In this document: piece by piece, positions 1 to 10,170 of the stretch
Layout: each line of letters opens with the position of its first letter
Position numbering within the stretch: the stretch's first letter is position 1
Source of the DNA: Gammaproteobacteria bacterium UBA6940
Lineage (GTDB): Bacteria > Pseudomonadota > Gammaproteobacteria > Pseudomonadales > UBA6940
NCBI GenBank assembly: GCA_002450655.1
Contig: DJZY01000064.1
Coordinates: 1 to 64,000 of the forward strand
Direction: 5' to 3'
DNA length: 64,000 nucleotides
Program-made: the position numbers and the translations under genes
The notes under the pieces: generated by a model
Told to the model about the DNA's origin: nothing
The model's input: only the letters and a program-made list of their open reading frames with translations
Databases searched by the model: none

Positions 1-8
1 TTGGCCAT

Positions 9-521
9 ATGTTAACGCTGCCTAAAACTTTTTACAAATTTTTCAATGTGACAATTTCTTTAGCAAAACTGTCACATTTGGGAGGTATAAATAACTCATC
101 GAAATTGAGAAGTAACGGACAGACTTCAAACTTGATAAGAATGGAAAAGGTAGAGAATATGAGTAACATGATGAACATGAGTAACTTATTCACTAGAACA
201 AGTAATACAGTAGCTAAAGGTATCTCCTCAGGATTTACAGGTTCAGTTGATTTATTATCTTCAGCTTTATTCCGTATCCGTTTACTTCTTGTGTCTCAGC
301 CTCAAGCTCGAATCTCTCCTCAGAATTCAGAAGATCTTAGATCTTTTAGTCGAAAACAAAGCATTAATAAAGTTAATGACGGAAAACTTGGACATAATCA
401 AGGTTTTATTGTGCCACGACTAAGTACTGTTGAGCCTAAGCCCCAAGTCTCACGTTTCAATAAAGTTGCGCATCAGGCTTCCTTCATGGCAGAGCGGGGC
501 ATTGAAAAGATCTTTGCATAA
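9..521 (+). CDS. Hypothetical Asn/Ser/Met-rich low-complexity protein. True start may be internal (M45/M51). Possibly truncated annotation at window edge.
   Basis: Long ORF in AT-rich DNA. No recognisable domain. Internal 'MSNMMNMSN' repeat. Confidence 0.3.
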   Translation: MLTLPKTFYKFFNVTISLAKLSHLGGINNSSKLRSNGQTSNLIRMEKVENMSNMMNMSNLFTRTSNTVAKGISSGFTGSVDLLSSALFRIRLLLVSQPQARISPQNSEDLRSFSRKQSINKVNDGKLGHNQGFIVPRLSTVEPKPQVSRFNKVAHQASFMAERGIEKIFA

Positions 522-530
522 GACGCAGGC

Positions 531-565
531 AAAAAAAAGAGCTGTATTAAACAGCTCTTTTTTTT
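531..565. terminator. Bidirectional Rho-independent terminator (A8 - 9-bp stem - T8)
   Basis: aaaaaaaagagctgt-atta-acagctcttttttttt lies between the convergent ORFs 9..521(+) and nadC(-). Confidence 0.8.
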
Positions 566-586
566 AGATAAGTGCAGGTCATGATA

Positions 587-1492
587 TTATTCACTTTGAA
601 TACGGAACGATAAATCCGTTGCTTTAATATGCTTTGTAATCCCACCGACTGAAATATAGTCAACGCCTGTTTCAGCAATTGCAACCACTGAATCAGCATC
701 TACATTGCCCGAGGCTTCAAAATCACAGCCAGAGTTTAATTCTTGACGAATCTCCAATGCCTCACGGAGTTGCTCTAAAGTAAAGTTATCAAGAAGAACA
801 CGATCAACATCTGCTGTAATGGCTTGGCGTAACTCATCTAGGTTTTCAACTTCAACTTCGAGAAAGCACTCAGCATCAAATTCACGAGCTTTAGCAACTG
901 CTTGAGCAATTCCACCGGCTGCAGCAATATGATTTTCTTTGATAAGGAATGCATCCCAAAGGCCAATACGATGATTGGCACCACCAGCAACTGCAACTGC
1001 ATATTTTTGTGCAAGACGTAAGCCTGGAATTGTTTTACGAGTATCAAGAATACGAGTAGACGTATGTGCAATAAGGTCTTGAAGAGCTGCTGTTTGGTTT
1101 GCTGTTGCCATAAGTAGTTGCAAGAAGTTTAAAGCTGTGCGTTCACCGCTTAATAAAACACCTGTAGGACCTGTAATTTTAAATAAAACTTGATTAGGTT
1201 CAACACGATCACCTTCATTAACAAGCCACTCAATTTTAAAGTTATCCCCTAACTGTGCAAAAGTTTCATTCACCCACGGAATGCCACAAACGATAGCTGG
1301 TTCGCGAGTAATCACTTGAGCAGTACTTATGCTCGATTCGGGATAAAGAGCTATATGAATATCACCTTGTCCAAGATCTTCTTCAAGTGCTGTGCTTACG
1401 TTGCGAGCAAGAGTTCTTCTAAACAGAGGAGTAGAGTAGAGTGTGTTAAGAAACTGTTTATGAGGGTGTAAGTTAGAGCGTGTCTCTTTCAT
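587..1492 (-). CDS. nadC: Nicotinate-nucleotide pyrophosphorylase (quinolinate phosphoribosyltransferase)
   Basis: 301 aa. Contains the QPRTase motifs 'GGANHRIGLWDAFLIKENHI' and the C-terminal 'VDYISVGGITKH'. Confidence 0.9.
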   Translation of the reverse strand: MKETRSNLHPHKQFLNTLYSTPLFRRTLARNVSTALEEDLGQGDIHIALYPESSISTAQVITREPAIVCGIPWVNETFAQLGDNFKIEWLVNEGDRVEPNQVLFKITGPTGVLLSGERTALNFLQLLMATANQTAALQDLIAHTSTRILDTRKTIPGLRLAQKYAVAVAGGANHRIGLWDAFLIKENHIAAAGGIAQAVAKAREFDAECFLEVEVENLDELRQAITADVDRVLLDNFTLEQLREALEIRQELNSGCDFEASGNVDADSVVAIAETGVDYISVGGITKHIKATDLSFRIQSE

Positions 1493-1569
1493 AGTGCAAA
1501 CCTTTCATTCATACGACCTTATGGTGATTGTGCACATGATACCATCATTTTTTAGACTAAAACCTGAAC

Positions 1570-2805
1570 TTAAGGCACGTCTTTCAGATTATGTAGACGG
1601 CTTTCATGACCAACCCAGTGAGATAATATTTCAGCAATTTTATGTGGTGTAATTGGCTTTGAAATCACATCGTCCATGCCGCTTTGCAGGCAAAGTTGAA
1701 TATCGTCATCAAGCGTATTTGCTGTAACTGCAATAATCGGTAGGGTAGCTTTACGCTCTTGCCTTAACATTTCGACAGCTTCAAAGCCATTCATAACTGG
1801 CATTTGGCAATCCATAAAAATAAGGGCTGGTTCCGTCTTATCATAACTTGCAATCGCTTCTTGGCCATTTGTTGCGGTTTTAATTTCAAAACCTAAACGT
1901 CTTGCTATAGCGCTTAGAATATTGCGATTAATTTGATTATCATCAACCACTAATATCGGCTTGCTTGTATTTTGAATAAATGGATTGTTAGCTTTGATAG
2001 AGCGCTCAGGGCGTAAGTAGAGCGACTGTCTATGAGTTGGGAAACCCATTCTAATCGTTGCGGTTGTCCCTTTTCCAAGCTCAGAGTTTATGTCGAAATG
2101 ACCTGACATGAGTTTGATCATACGCTGGCATAACATAAGGCTTAAGCCGTCTGATGTATTATCGCCATGAAAAAAGTCAGTGTATTGTGAAAATGGCTCG
2201 AATACCTTGTTAAGATGACTTTCTGTCATACCTCGACCAGAATCAATCACTTGAATTTGTAGTGCAACGTTGGCGGGGCCTTCTTCTAAGCAATCTACAA
2301 CAATTTCAATCGCACCTGTATCTGTGTATTCGACAGCATTAAAAAGCAGAGTATCAAGTATTTTATAAAGCTTATCTTTGTCACCAACCACTGCTGTTAG
2401 TTTATCAGCTGGGTAATTCCAGGCTATTTTCATGGCAATATTTGATTTCTGTTTTTCACGTAAATGCTGCTGAGCAAGGATCAGGCGCTGATTTAAAAGC
2501 TTAGATAAATTAAATTCAGTTCTATTAACACGAGCGGTATTTGATACATAAGAGTCCAAGGTAACAAGCTGTTCTAACAAGTGATTAATATGTTGCGCTT
2601 GATATAGCCCTGTATAGAGCTCTTGCAGTGCCTTTGGGTTTTCAATGAGATCTTGCAGCTCAGTTAAAATATGAAATAATGCATTGGAAGGTGTTTTAAG
2701 CTCATGGCTAATATGATGTAGAAAAGCCTGGTGAGCAGATTTAAGGGATTGATTTTCTTGCTTTAATTGTGCTATTTCAGCTTGTAGTTCTTCTAATGTT
2801 TTCAT
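1570..2805 (-). CDS. Cytoplasmic hybrid sensor histidine kinase / response regulator. No TM or sensor domain. N-terminal coiled coil.
   Basis: H-box 'HISHELKTP'. HATPase G-boxes ('DSGRGM', 'GLSLMLCQRMIKLMSG'). C-terminal receiver 'ILVVDDNQINRNIL...MDCQMPVMNGFEA'. Confidence 0.85.
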   Translation of the reverse strand: MKTLEELQAEIAQLKQENQSLKSAHQAFLHHISHELKTPSNALFHILTELQDLIENPKALQELYTGLYQAQHINHLLEQLVTLDSYVSNTARVNRTEFNLSKLLNQRLILAQQHLREKQKSNIAMKIAWNYPADKLTAVVGDKDKLYKILDTLLFNAVEYTDTGAIEIVVDCLEEGPANVALQIQVIDSGRGMTESHLNKVFEPFSQYTDFFHGDNTSDGLSLMLCQRMIKLMSGHFDINSELGKGTTATIRMGFPTHRQSLYLRPERSIKANNPFIQNTSKPILVVDDNQINRNILSAIARRLGFEIKTATNGQEAIASYDKTEPALIFMDCQMPVMNGFEAVEMLRQERKATLPIIAVTANTLDDDIQLCLQSGMDDVISKPITPHKIAEILSHWVGHESRLHNLKDVP

Positions 2806-2981
2806 CCGTGACCTACTACTATCAAGACATCTTGTCTAAAAATGAATAACGATTTAAAGAGAGAAACTCTAAATACTTATAATATTATGAGTGAGTCCGT
2901 TATAATGTTCTTTTGATGGACCCTTATTTAGAGTTTAGTTCATATACGTAATATGTAAATGCTATCGAAAAGGAAATACCT

Positions 2982-3926
2982 ATGAGTAATGGCAGAGGTG
3001 CTCACCAAGATCGTAAAGAGCCATCCTTATCATCACTGGCTGATTTAGATGCCATGCCAAGTGAGCAGAGTGATCGAGTTAATAGTCGCTCAACTGCAAC
3101 ACCAGCAAAATCAGTAAAACCTGCTGTAGCTGCTAAGCCTGCAAAAACAGCAGGTCTCTGGTTTTTTATGACGGTTGCTCTAGGTGGGTTAGTAGCAGTT
3201 GCTGGTTACGGCTATATGGAATTGCAACGTTTAAAGGGTATGCAACGAAATATGGTTGAGCAGGTGAGTCAGTTGGCCCTAGCATCTGATGAAATCGGCA
3301 GTCAATTAAACGCATCAGGTGGTAAGCTGAAAGAGACTCAAACCACCTTAAACTCTCGAGTTGAAAAAATTGAAGCGAATATGGCATCACAACTAAAGTC
3401 AGTTAATGATGCAAGTCAAGCGAATAAAAAAGTTATGGGTGACTTAGAGTCGCAATTACAATCAAGTATTGCTGCCCAAGAGAAAAAAGTAGAGCAGCTT
3501 GAAAACAGCCTAGCGAAAACCATTGATTCGAAGGTGAGTTCAAGTGTTGCAAGTGTGCAAAAGCAGTCTGATCAACAAGCAAAAAATATTGCAGCAATTG
3601 AAGCGAGTATTAAAACGCTTCAAGCCAATATTGATAAAGTGAATAGTCGTATTGCAAGTGAAACTCAAAACCTTCAGCAGTCAATGGCATTGATGGAAGA
3701 AGAGTTAATGAATGCGCCCAATCCAACTGTGAAGAAACTGCAAGATCAGTTTGCTACATATATTCAGTCAGTGGATCAGTTTAGACAACAGACAAATTCA
3801 AGCTTAAATGAACTAAGCAGTGAAGTGAGACAACTGAGAAACTCTCAATCCCAATCTTCATCAAATAACTCAGGTTATTCAGATCCATATGGTGATTCTG
3901 GCTTTGGTGTGCAGCCTGCACGCTAG
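2982..3926 (+). CDS. Membrane-anchored coiled-coil protein (single TM, then Gln/Ser-rich extended helix)
   Basis: TM 'GLWFFMTVALGGLVAVAGYGYM'. Then ~230 aa of heptad-like Q/S/K-rich sequence. Good ATG with an upstream AGGAAA. Confidence 0.55.
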   Translation: MSNGRGAHQDRKEPSLSSLADLDAMPSEQSDRVNSRSTATPAKSVKPAVAAKPAKTAGLWFFMTVALGGLVAVAGYGYMELQRLKGMQRNMVEQVSQLALASDEIGSQLNASGGKLKETQTTLNSRVEKIEANMASQLKSVNDASQANKKVMGDLESQLQSSIAAQEKKVEQLENSLAKTIDSKVSSSVASVQKQSDQQAKNIAAIEASIKTLQANIDKVNSRIASETQNLQQSMALMEEELMNAPNPTVKKLQDQFATYIQSVDQFRQQTNSSLNELSSEVRQLRNSQSQSSSNNSGYSDPYGDSGFGVQPAR

Positions 3927-3948
3927 CAGAGGTTTTCGTTTTAGTCAT

Positions 3949-3985
3949 AAAAAAAGCAGGGTTCTTAAAGAAGCCTGCTTTTTTT
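3949..3985. terminator. Bidirectional Rho-independent terminator
   Basis: aaaaaaagcagg-gttcttaaagaa-gcctgcttttttt lies between the 2982..3926(+) stop and the argB(-) stop. Confidence 0.75.
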
Positions 3986-3996
3986 ACATTGAATGA

Positions 3997-4875
3997 TTAA
4001 GGTAAAATTTGAGTGCCGAAACCATCTTCCGTAAAGAGTTCGAGGAGAAGGGCGTGAGGAATACGGCCATCTACGATTTGAACACTCTTAACACCTTCAT
4101 GAAGTGCATTTAATGCGCATTCAATTTTAGGTAGCATCCCACCAGAAATCGTTCCGTCTGCAATGAGATCATTCACTTGTTGCTTATTAACTCGCTGGAT
4201 AAGCTCCATTTTCTTATCAAGTACACCACGTGTATTTGTAAGAATAAGAAGCTTAGATGCTTGTAGAGCAGCAGCAATACTTGAAGCTGCAGTATCTGCG
4301 TTAATATTAAAGCGCTCACCATTAGGGCCAGAACCAACAGGCGCAATAACTGGAATAATATTATTGTTTAGAAGTTTGGTGATGAGCTTTGTATTAACAC
4401 CCGTTACTTTACCAACGTAGCCATAATCAATGCCATCAGAACTCTCAAGCTTCTCTGCTTGGATTGTTTGGCCATCAACACCAGTAATACCAATAGCTGT
4501 ACCTGAGTTATTTTGAATAAGTTGAACAATTTCTTTGTTGACTTTGCCACCGAGAACCATTTCAACAACTTCCATTGTTCTTTTATCAGTGACACGGATG
4601 CCATTAATGAACTCTGTTCCAAGATTAAGTGCTTTAAGACAAGCACCAATTTGAGGGCCGCCGCCATGAACAACAACGGGTTGCATGCCAACAAGCTTAA
4701 GAAGAACAACATCACGAGCAAAAGAGTTTTTTAACTCTTCTTCTGTCATTGCGTTGCCACCATATTTGACCACGCAGATTTGGCCAGCAAAGCGTTGAAT
4801 ATAAGGCAGGGCCTGTGTCAGGACTTTGGCAACTTCTTGAGAGTCGGGGAGAGGCATAGTTTGATCACTTATCAT
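3997..4875 (-). CDS. argB: N-acetylglutamate kinase
   Basis: 292 aa. 'VVKYGGNAM', 'VVVHGGGPQI', 'NINADTAA' amino-acid-kinase motifs. Confidence 0.9.
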   Translation of the reverse strand: MISDQTMPLPDSQEVAKVLTQALPYIQRFAGQICVVKYGGNAMTEEELKNSFARDVVLLKLVGMQPVVVHGGGPQIGACLKALNLGTEFINGIRVTDKRTMEVVEMVLGGKVNKEIVQLIQNNSGTAIGITGVDGQTIQAEKLESSDGIDYGYVGKVTGVNTKLITKLLNNNIIPVIAPVGSGPNGERFNINADTAASSIAAALQASKLLILTNTRGVLDKKMELIQRVNKQQVNDLIADGTISGGMLPKIECALNALHEGVKSVQIVDGRIPHALLLELFTEDGFGTQILP

Positions 4876-5220
4876 GTTATATCAAGTTCTTTACTGCTGT
4901 TGGATCTGATTTATCAGACATTTAAATAAGCATTCTCTTGTTATAAGAGTAGCACTTCAACAGCAGCACCATTAAGGCCAACGGGTATGTTAGCTTAAAC
5001 TGACTGTTATTTGACATATTTGTATGTGCCATTGTTGCTTAATTACATCTGATAAAGAGCAAAAATTAATTAAAAAAAGGATAAATAGTTATAAACTGCC
5101 ACTAGTTTATAATGAAAACACCTAAAAAAGAAGACCTGGTTAATCTACTTATCGGGTTTTCAGGAATAAAGGCATCTTGATTGTAGCGAATTGAAGCTGA
5201 CTTTAAGCTTAAAAAGGCAT

Positions 5221-5254
5221 AAAAAAACCCTAGCAGTGTGAGTGCTAGGGTTTT
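5221..5254 (-). terminator. Rho-independent terminator for the PMM/PGM gene
   Basis: On the minus strand: ccctagcactcacactgctaggg + T7, directly after the stop at 5274. Confidence 0.8.
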
Positions 5255-5273
5255 GATTTATAAGACTAATTTT

Positions 5274-7877
5274 TTAGAAATCGATCTTAACGTCTGGTGC
5301 TACAGCAAGTAGGTTCTCGCGGAACATACCTTTAATCATCTGAATAACTTCTTCGTTATCAGCTTCAAATCGAGCAACAAGAACAGGCGTAGTATTTGAC
5401 GCACGAAGTAGGCCCCAGCCTTTTTCGAAATCAACACGAACACCATCGATTTGATTCACAGAGCCATTACCAAATTGGCCTTTCTCTGCTAGATCTGCAA
5501 CGATCTTGAATTTAGATTCGTCAGTTACATGAACATGAAGCTCTGGCGTAGATACTTTTTCTGGATACTTATCAAGAAGTGTATCAAGGTCATCTGTTGT
5601 GCTTGAAAGAATTTCAAGAAGACGAGCTGCTGCATAAATTGCATCATCAAAGCCGTTCCAGCGATCATTGAAGAAGATGTGACCACTCATTTCACCAGCA
5701 AGTGGCGCATTTGTTTCTTTAAGTTTCGCTTTGATAAGAGAGTGACCTGTTTTCCACATAAGAGGGCGGCCGCCAGCATTGCGAATAACTTGTGTAAGAT
5801 CAGAAGAGCATTTCACATCATAGATGATATCTGCGCCTGGGTTTGCAGCAAGTACGTGCTCAGAGAAAAGCATCATCAGTCTGTCTGCGTACACCATTCG
5901 ACCTGATGGTGTAATAACGCCAACACGGTCACCGTCGCCATCAAATGCAAGACCAATATCAGCGCCTTGTTCTTTAACAACTTCAATCAGTTTAACCATG
6001 TTTTTTGGTTGAGAAGGGTCTGGAGAATGGTTAGGGAAAGAGCCATCGACTTCAGTGTAAAGACCTGAAGCTTCAACACCAAGCTGTTCGAACAGCTGAG
6101 GCATCATGACACCTGTTACACCGTTACCACAATCAACTGCGATTTTAAGTGCTCTGGAAAGAACAATATCACCAATAAGATCGCCTTGGTAATCATCCAT
6201 AACGTCTTTTTCAAGAACTTGGCCAGTGCCCTTAGCAAGGTTGCCATCTTGAATACGGTTATAAAGATCTTGAATTGTATCACCGTAAAGTGTTTTACCA
6301 GCGATCATAATTTTAAGACCGTTGTAGTTAGATGGGTTATGGCTGCCTGTTAGCATTACACCAGTACCTTGAGTCAGCTTCTTCGCTGCATAGTAAAGAA
6401 CAGGTGTTGGAACCATACCGATATCAATAACGATAACGCCAGATTTTTTAAGACCTTTACGTAGGGCTTTAATAAGAGCAGGGCCTGATAGACGACCATC
6501 GCGAGCAACAGTAACTTCACGTACACCTGCGTCAATTGCAGCGGAACCGATTGCACGGCCGATAGATTCGACAACTGATTCGCTTAGCTCTGTAGGGTAG
6601 ATACCACGGATGTCGTAAGCACGGAAAATACTTTGAGATATTGGTGTTTCTGTTGATTCTGTTGCAGCTTCAGTTTCTGGCTGCTCAATTTCTTGGACCT
6701 CTAACTCTTTAGATTGGTCTAAAGTTTCCATTGCGTAACGCTCCCGGGAATAAGTTGGTTTTTTTGTTTTTACAGATTCTGCGTCAGATTCTTGATTGTT
6801 AAATAAGGAATCTGACATCAACTCAGAACTCTGTTGTAAATTCGAACCGCCCGTAATAGTGGCAGTGTTTTTGAGGTTATCATAAATATTCTCGTAAGTG
6901 TCAGCGATGTGTTTCAATTGGAATCGCTCTTTTCCAGGATTCTTACCACGGAAAAGATCAATCATTGCATCCCTAACCATTTCGAGATCATGGCTCAAGG
7001 CCCTATTATATAGCGAAGCAGCGATGATTAAAGCGACAACATTCAAAATTCCAAGGCCAATTGCAGTAAAAATGATCAAAAATTCATCAAAAAAGCCTTT
7101 CTGTACTTTATTTATCCACTGTGCTTTTAAACGGAGTACGTCATGAAATTTCTTATCGTAAGTGATAGCTTTATTAGGCACCCAGCCGGAATACTGGTAA
7201 ACCACGGTTTCAGACTGGTCGATTGCTTGTAGAACTTGCACTGCAACATGACCTTGAAGAATGGACGCGGATTCGGCGAACGCCTCATCTTTAGTCACTG
7301 CTGCGGTTAGCGCACCGAGGACATCTCCTGTATTTGACTTAATTTGAGCAGTCACATAAAGAAGCTCGCCTTCAATTTCGATAGTTGTACTACCAGAGCG
7401 TGTCGCATTGAAGGCATTATTGATCATGATAAAAGTAATAGCAGGTGAGAAGTTTGGATTAGGTCTGTGATTACCACGAGGGAATACAATAATGTTCTCA
7501 AGGTTTGTTTCACCTGATGCTGATAAAGGCATAGAGTCTGGCTTTTCAAGAGTAGAAACTTTAGCTCTGACGCTATTGAGTTTCGCTAAGCTTTCCACTT
7601 CTAAGGCCAAGGCATCAAGATGAGCATCGAGCTGGGTTTTATACTGCTCTAAAACTTGCTCATTCTTTTCATTGAAACTTGCTAAACGCTCTGGCTGAAT
7701 CTGCTGAGCAAAGATAATGTAAGCCAGTAATACTGGCAGTAAGAAGACGACAACTGCTGTAGGGGTAAAGTAGGCCCAGAAGTTATTACTTTTACCTGAG
7801 TTTTTTTTTGTCGTGCTACTTTTGCTACTGGTTTTTGCTGCTTTTGCTTTCTTGCCCTTAGACTTTTTCGGTGCCAT
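5274..7877 (-). CDS. Phosphomannomutase/phosphoglucomutase (C-terminal ~460 aa) fused to an N-terminal ~400-aa module: Lys-rich tail, TM1, ~230-aa periplasmic domain, TM2, acidic linker
   Basis: The C-terminal half has 'TGSHNPSNYNGLK', 'GLAFDGDGDRV', 'AGEMSGHIFF' alpha-D-phosphohexomutase motifs. The N-terminus has two predicted TM helices (VVVFLLPVLLAYIIF, FLIIFTAIGLGILNVVALIIAASLY). A single uninterrupted 867-codon frame in AT-rich DNA. Confidence 0.85.
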   Translation of the reverse strand: MAPKKSKGKKAKAAKTSSKSSTTKKNSGKSNNFWAYFTPTAVVVFLLPVLLAYIIFAQQIQPERLASFNEKNEQVLEQYKTQLDAHLDALALEVESLAKLNSVRAKVSTLEKPDSMPLSASGETNLENIIVFPRGNHRPNPNFSPAITFIMINNAFNATRSGSTTIEIEGELLYVTAQIKSNTGDVLGALTAAVTKDEAFAESASILQGHVAVQVLQAIDQSETVVYQYSGWVPNKAITYDKKFHDVLRLKAQWINKVQKGFFDEFLIIFTAIGLGILNVVALIIAASLYNRALSHDLEMVRDAMIDLFRGKNPGKERFQLKHIADTYENIYDNLKNTATITGGSNLQQSSELMSDSLFNNQESDAESVKTKKPTYSRERYAMETLDQSKELEVQEIEQPETEAATESTETPISQSIFRAYDIRGIYPTELSESVVESIGRAIGSAAIDAGVREVTVARDGRLSGPALIKALRKGLKKSGVIVIDIGMVPTPVLYYAAKKLTQGTGVMLTGSHNPSNYNGLKIMIAGKTLYGDTIQDLYNRIQDGNLAKGTGQVLEKDVMDDYQGDLIGDIVLSRALKIAVDCGNGVTGVMMPQLFEQLGVEASGLYTEVDGSFPNHSPDPSQPKNMVKLIEVVKEQGADIGLAFDGDGDRVGVITPSGRMVYADRLMMLFSEHVLAANPGADIIYDVKCSSDLTQVIRNAGGRPLMWKTGHSLIKAKLKETNAPLAGEMSGHIFFNDRWNGFDDAIYAAARLLEILSSTTDDLDTLLDKYPEKVSTPELHVHVTDESKFKIVADLAEKGQFGNGSVNQIDGVRVDFEKGWGLLRASNTTPVLVARFEADNEEVIQMIKGMFRENLLAVAPDVKIDF

Positions 7878-8083
7878 AGGTCATTCCTTCGAAGTTAAGA
7901 TCTTTGAAACATGTATTGAGGTTGAAACTGTTCGATGCGGTCGAATTTGACGCAGTTTTTTTTAGTTTAGTTGATATTACAATAACTTCTAGCTCGTTTT
8001 AGAAAGACATTTGCGAGCAATAACGGTACTTTGAATGTATAAAATGAGGAGAGTTTGAAGGTTGTTGTTTTAAGGGAAAAAAG

Positions 8084-8116
8084 CCCCTTTATTACAAGGG
8101 TTATAACAAAGGGGCT
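8084..8116 (-). terminator. Rho-independent terminator for coaBC
   Basis: Minus strand: agcccctttgttataacccttgtaataaaggggc + T6. Confidence 0.7.
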
Positions 8117-8125
8117 GATATAAAA

Positions 8126-9397
8126 TTACAACTGAGCAAGTGCTGCAATAATGGATTGAGCCAATACTGCTTTAGGTGCTTTGGCTAAAGAAAAGATATC
8201 ACTTGTTCGAGTGCTGATAAGGCTGATTTCATTGTTTGGCGAGTTAAAGCCAATGGATTTATCGCTCACATCATTCGCACAAATCAGATCAAGCCCTTTT
8301 TTCACGAGCTTCTTTTGTGCGTAGCTAATCACATCATGAGTTTGAGCAGCGAAACCCACTTTAATTGCTTGAGGGTTAGCATCACTTAAAGCGGCAATAA
8401 TATCTCTGTTTTCGACCAGCTGAATCGATTGCTCTAAGTCTTGCTTACTCAGCTTTTTATCGCCAGAATTGGCTGGTCTAAAGTCTGATACTGCAGCAGT
8501 ACCAATAATAATGTCATAACCAGTTTTACTGAGGCATGCTTCAAGCATATCCTGTGCTGATTCCACATATTGACCTTGAACACTCTGGGGCCAAGTGCAA
8601 TGGCTTGGGCCACTAATTAAAGTAACTGTTGCACCTGCATCTGCTGCAGCTTGTGCGAGGCAATAGCCCATAAGCCCAGAAGAATGGTTGGAAATAAAGC
8701 GAACAGGGTCAATTGGCTCACGAGTTGGGCCAGCTGTAATTAAGACTGTTTTACCTGCAAGCACCTGTGGTGTCAGTAGACGTTGTGCATGTTGAAATAA
8801 GACTTGAGGTTCTTGTGCGCGGCCTGGACCAACATCGCCACAAGCTTGAGCGCCTTCTGCAGGTTCAATAATATGAACACCATCTTCTTTTAACTGTCGT
8901 AGGTTACGTTGAGTTGCAGGGTGCTTCCACATTTGTTGGTTCATGGCAGGTGCAATAACAACAGGTGCAGTTGTGGCCAGTACAAGTGTGCCAAGTAAAT
9001 CATCAGCAAGACCTTGTGCAAACCGAGCCATTTGATTTGCGGTGCAAGGGGAAACAAAAATAAGGTCAGCCCATTTGGCTAACTCAATATGCCCCATACC
9101 AGCTTCAGCGCTGGAGTCTAATAAATGTACATGAGGTTCATGACCTGTTAAAGCTTGAAAAGCCAACGGTTGTATAAAGGCAAGAGCACCTTCTGTCATC
9201 ACCACACGAACTTGAGCACCGGCTTTTATGAGGAGGCGGCAAAGCTCAAGGCTTTTATAACAGGCAATCCCACCAGTTACGCCAAGTAAAATACGTTTGT
9301 TTTGAAGTCGAGATTGACCAGCTTGCAATATAGCTTGGGCATTCCACTGAAAATCTGTTGAACTCATACTTTTGTCCTTCTTTGAGACATCAGTCAC
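8126..9397 (-). CDS. coaBC: Bifunctional phosphopantothenoylcysteine decarboxylase / phosphopantothenate-cysteine ligase
   Basis: 423 aa. N-terminal flavoprotein '[12 protein letters not shown]'. C-terminal CoaB '[22 protein letters not shown]'. Confidence 0.9.
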   Translation of the reverse strand: MTDVSKKDKSMSSTDFQWNAQAILQAGQSRLQNKRILLGVTGGIACYKSLELCRLLIKAGAQVRVVMTEGALAFIQPLAFQALTGHEPHVHLLDSSAEAGMGHIELAKWADLIFVSPCTANQMARFAQGLADDLLGTLVLATTAPVVIAPAMNQQMWKHPATQRNLRQLKEDGVHIIEPAEGAQACGDVGPGRAQEPQVLFQHAQRLLTPQVLAGKTVLITAGPTREPIDPVRFISNHSSGLMGYCLAQAAADAGATVTLISGPSHCTWPQSVQGQYVESAQDMLEACLSKTGYDIIIGTAAVSDFRPANSGDKKLSKQDLEQSIQLVENRDIIAALSDANPQAIKVGFAAQTHDVISYAQKKLVKKGLDLICANDVSDKSIGFNSPNNEISLISTRTSDIFSLAKAPKAVLAQSIIAALAQL

Positions 9398-9498
9398 AGT
9401 ATAACGGATTTAAAATCGGCACTATAGCCCTTGTTTTGGGCTTGTGCCCTAAAAGTAGAAAAAGAATCTGAATAATAAAGTTGTAATAAGGGTGATGC

Positions 9499-10170
9499 AT
9501 GGCAATTAAAACTTGGCCAATAGAGGAGAGGCCACGAGAAAAATTTTTAAAGCAGGGTGGGCAGAGTTTATCTGATGCTGAGTTGTTGGCTCTGTTTTTA
9601 CGAGTTGGGGTGCAAGGCTTGGATGCGGTGTCTCTCGCTCGCGAGGTCTTGGCGGACACTGGTGGTCTTGGAGAGCTCATGGCGTTAGATATGACAAGCT
9701 TTAATGCGTTACGAGGCATGGGGCCAGCTCGGTTTGTTGAGTTGCAAGCTGCACTTGAATTGAGTCGGCGCTGTTTGGAAGCAAAGTTAAAGCAGGCTTC
9801 GTTTTTGAATTCAACCTCTATGGCGCAGCATTTTTTTCAGCTGAACTTGAAAAACGAAGAGCGTGAAGTGTTTGCTGTGGCTTTCTTGAATTCACAATAC
9901 CAGCTTATCACTTGGGACATTCTCTTTCACGGTACTATTAATGCAGCCCAAGTTTATATTAGAGAAATTGTGAGAGCTGCTCTAAAACATAATGCTGCTG
10001 CGGTGGTATTAGCGCACAATCATCCATCTGGGTGTATTGATCCGAGTGATGCTGATCGTCGAATGACGGAGCGAATTATTCAAGGACTTAAGCTTGTAGA
10101 TATACAGGTTTTAGATCATATCATTATTGGGCAGGGGGCGATGTCTTTCGCTGAGAAAGGCTTTCTGTAA
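9499..10170 (+). CDS. radC: RadC-family JAB/MPN domain protein
   Basis: 223 aa. 'HNHPSG' JAMM motif and N-terminal HhH region. Typical radC-coaBC adjacency. Confidence 0.9.
   Translation: MAIKTWPIEERPREKFLKQGGQSLSDAELLALFLRVGVQGLDAVSLAREVLADTGGLGELMALDMTSFNALRGMGPARFVELQAALELSRRCLEAKLKQASFLNSTSMAQHFFQLNLKNEEREVFAVAFLNSQYQLITWDILFHGTINAAQVYIREIVRAALKHNAAAVVLAHNHPSGCIDPSDADRRMTERIIQGLKLVDIQVLDHIIIGQGAMSFAEKGFL

Noticed and set aside
838-1071. 77-aa ORF antisense/overlapping within nadC
   Set aside because: Entirely embedded in a well-supported conserved gene. Leu/Lys-rich composition is typical of out-of-frame AT-rich translation.
5100-5270. Possible tRNA/ncRNA between argB and the PMM gene
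   Set aside because: No cloverleaf-compatible arms or a GTTCGAATC-type T-loop found. The region is explained by the PMM terminator hairpin and the argB promoter.
9390-9719. 109-aa ORF overlapping the coaBC start and radC start on the minus strand
   Set aside because: Overlaps two confidently called conserved genes and a divergent promoter region. No motif.
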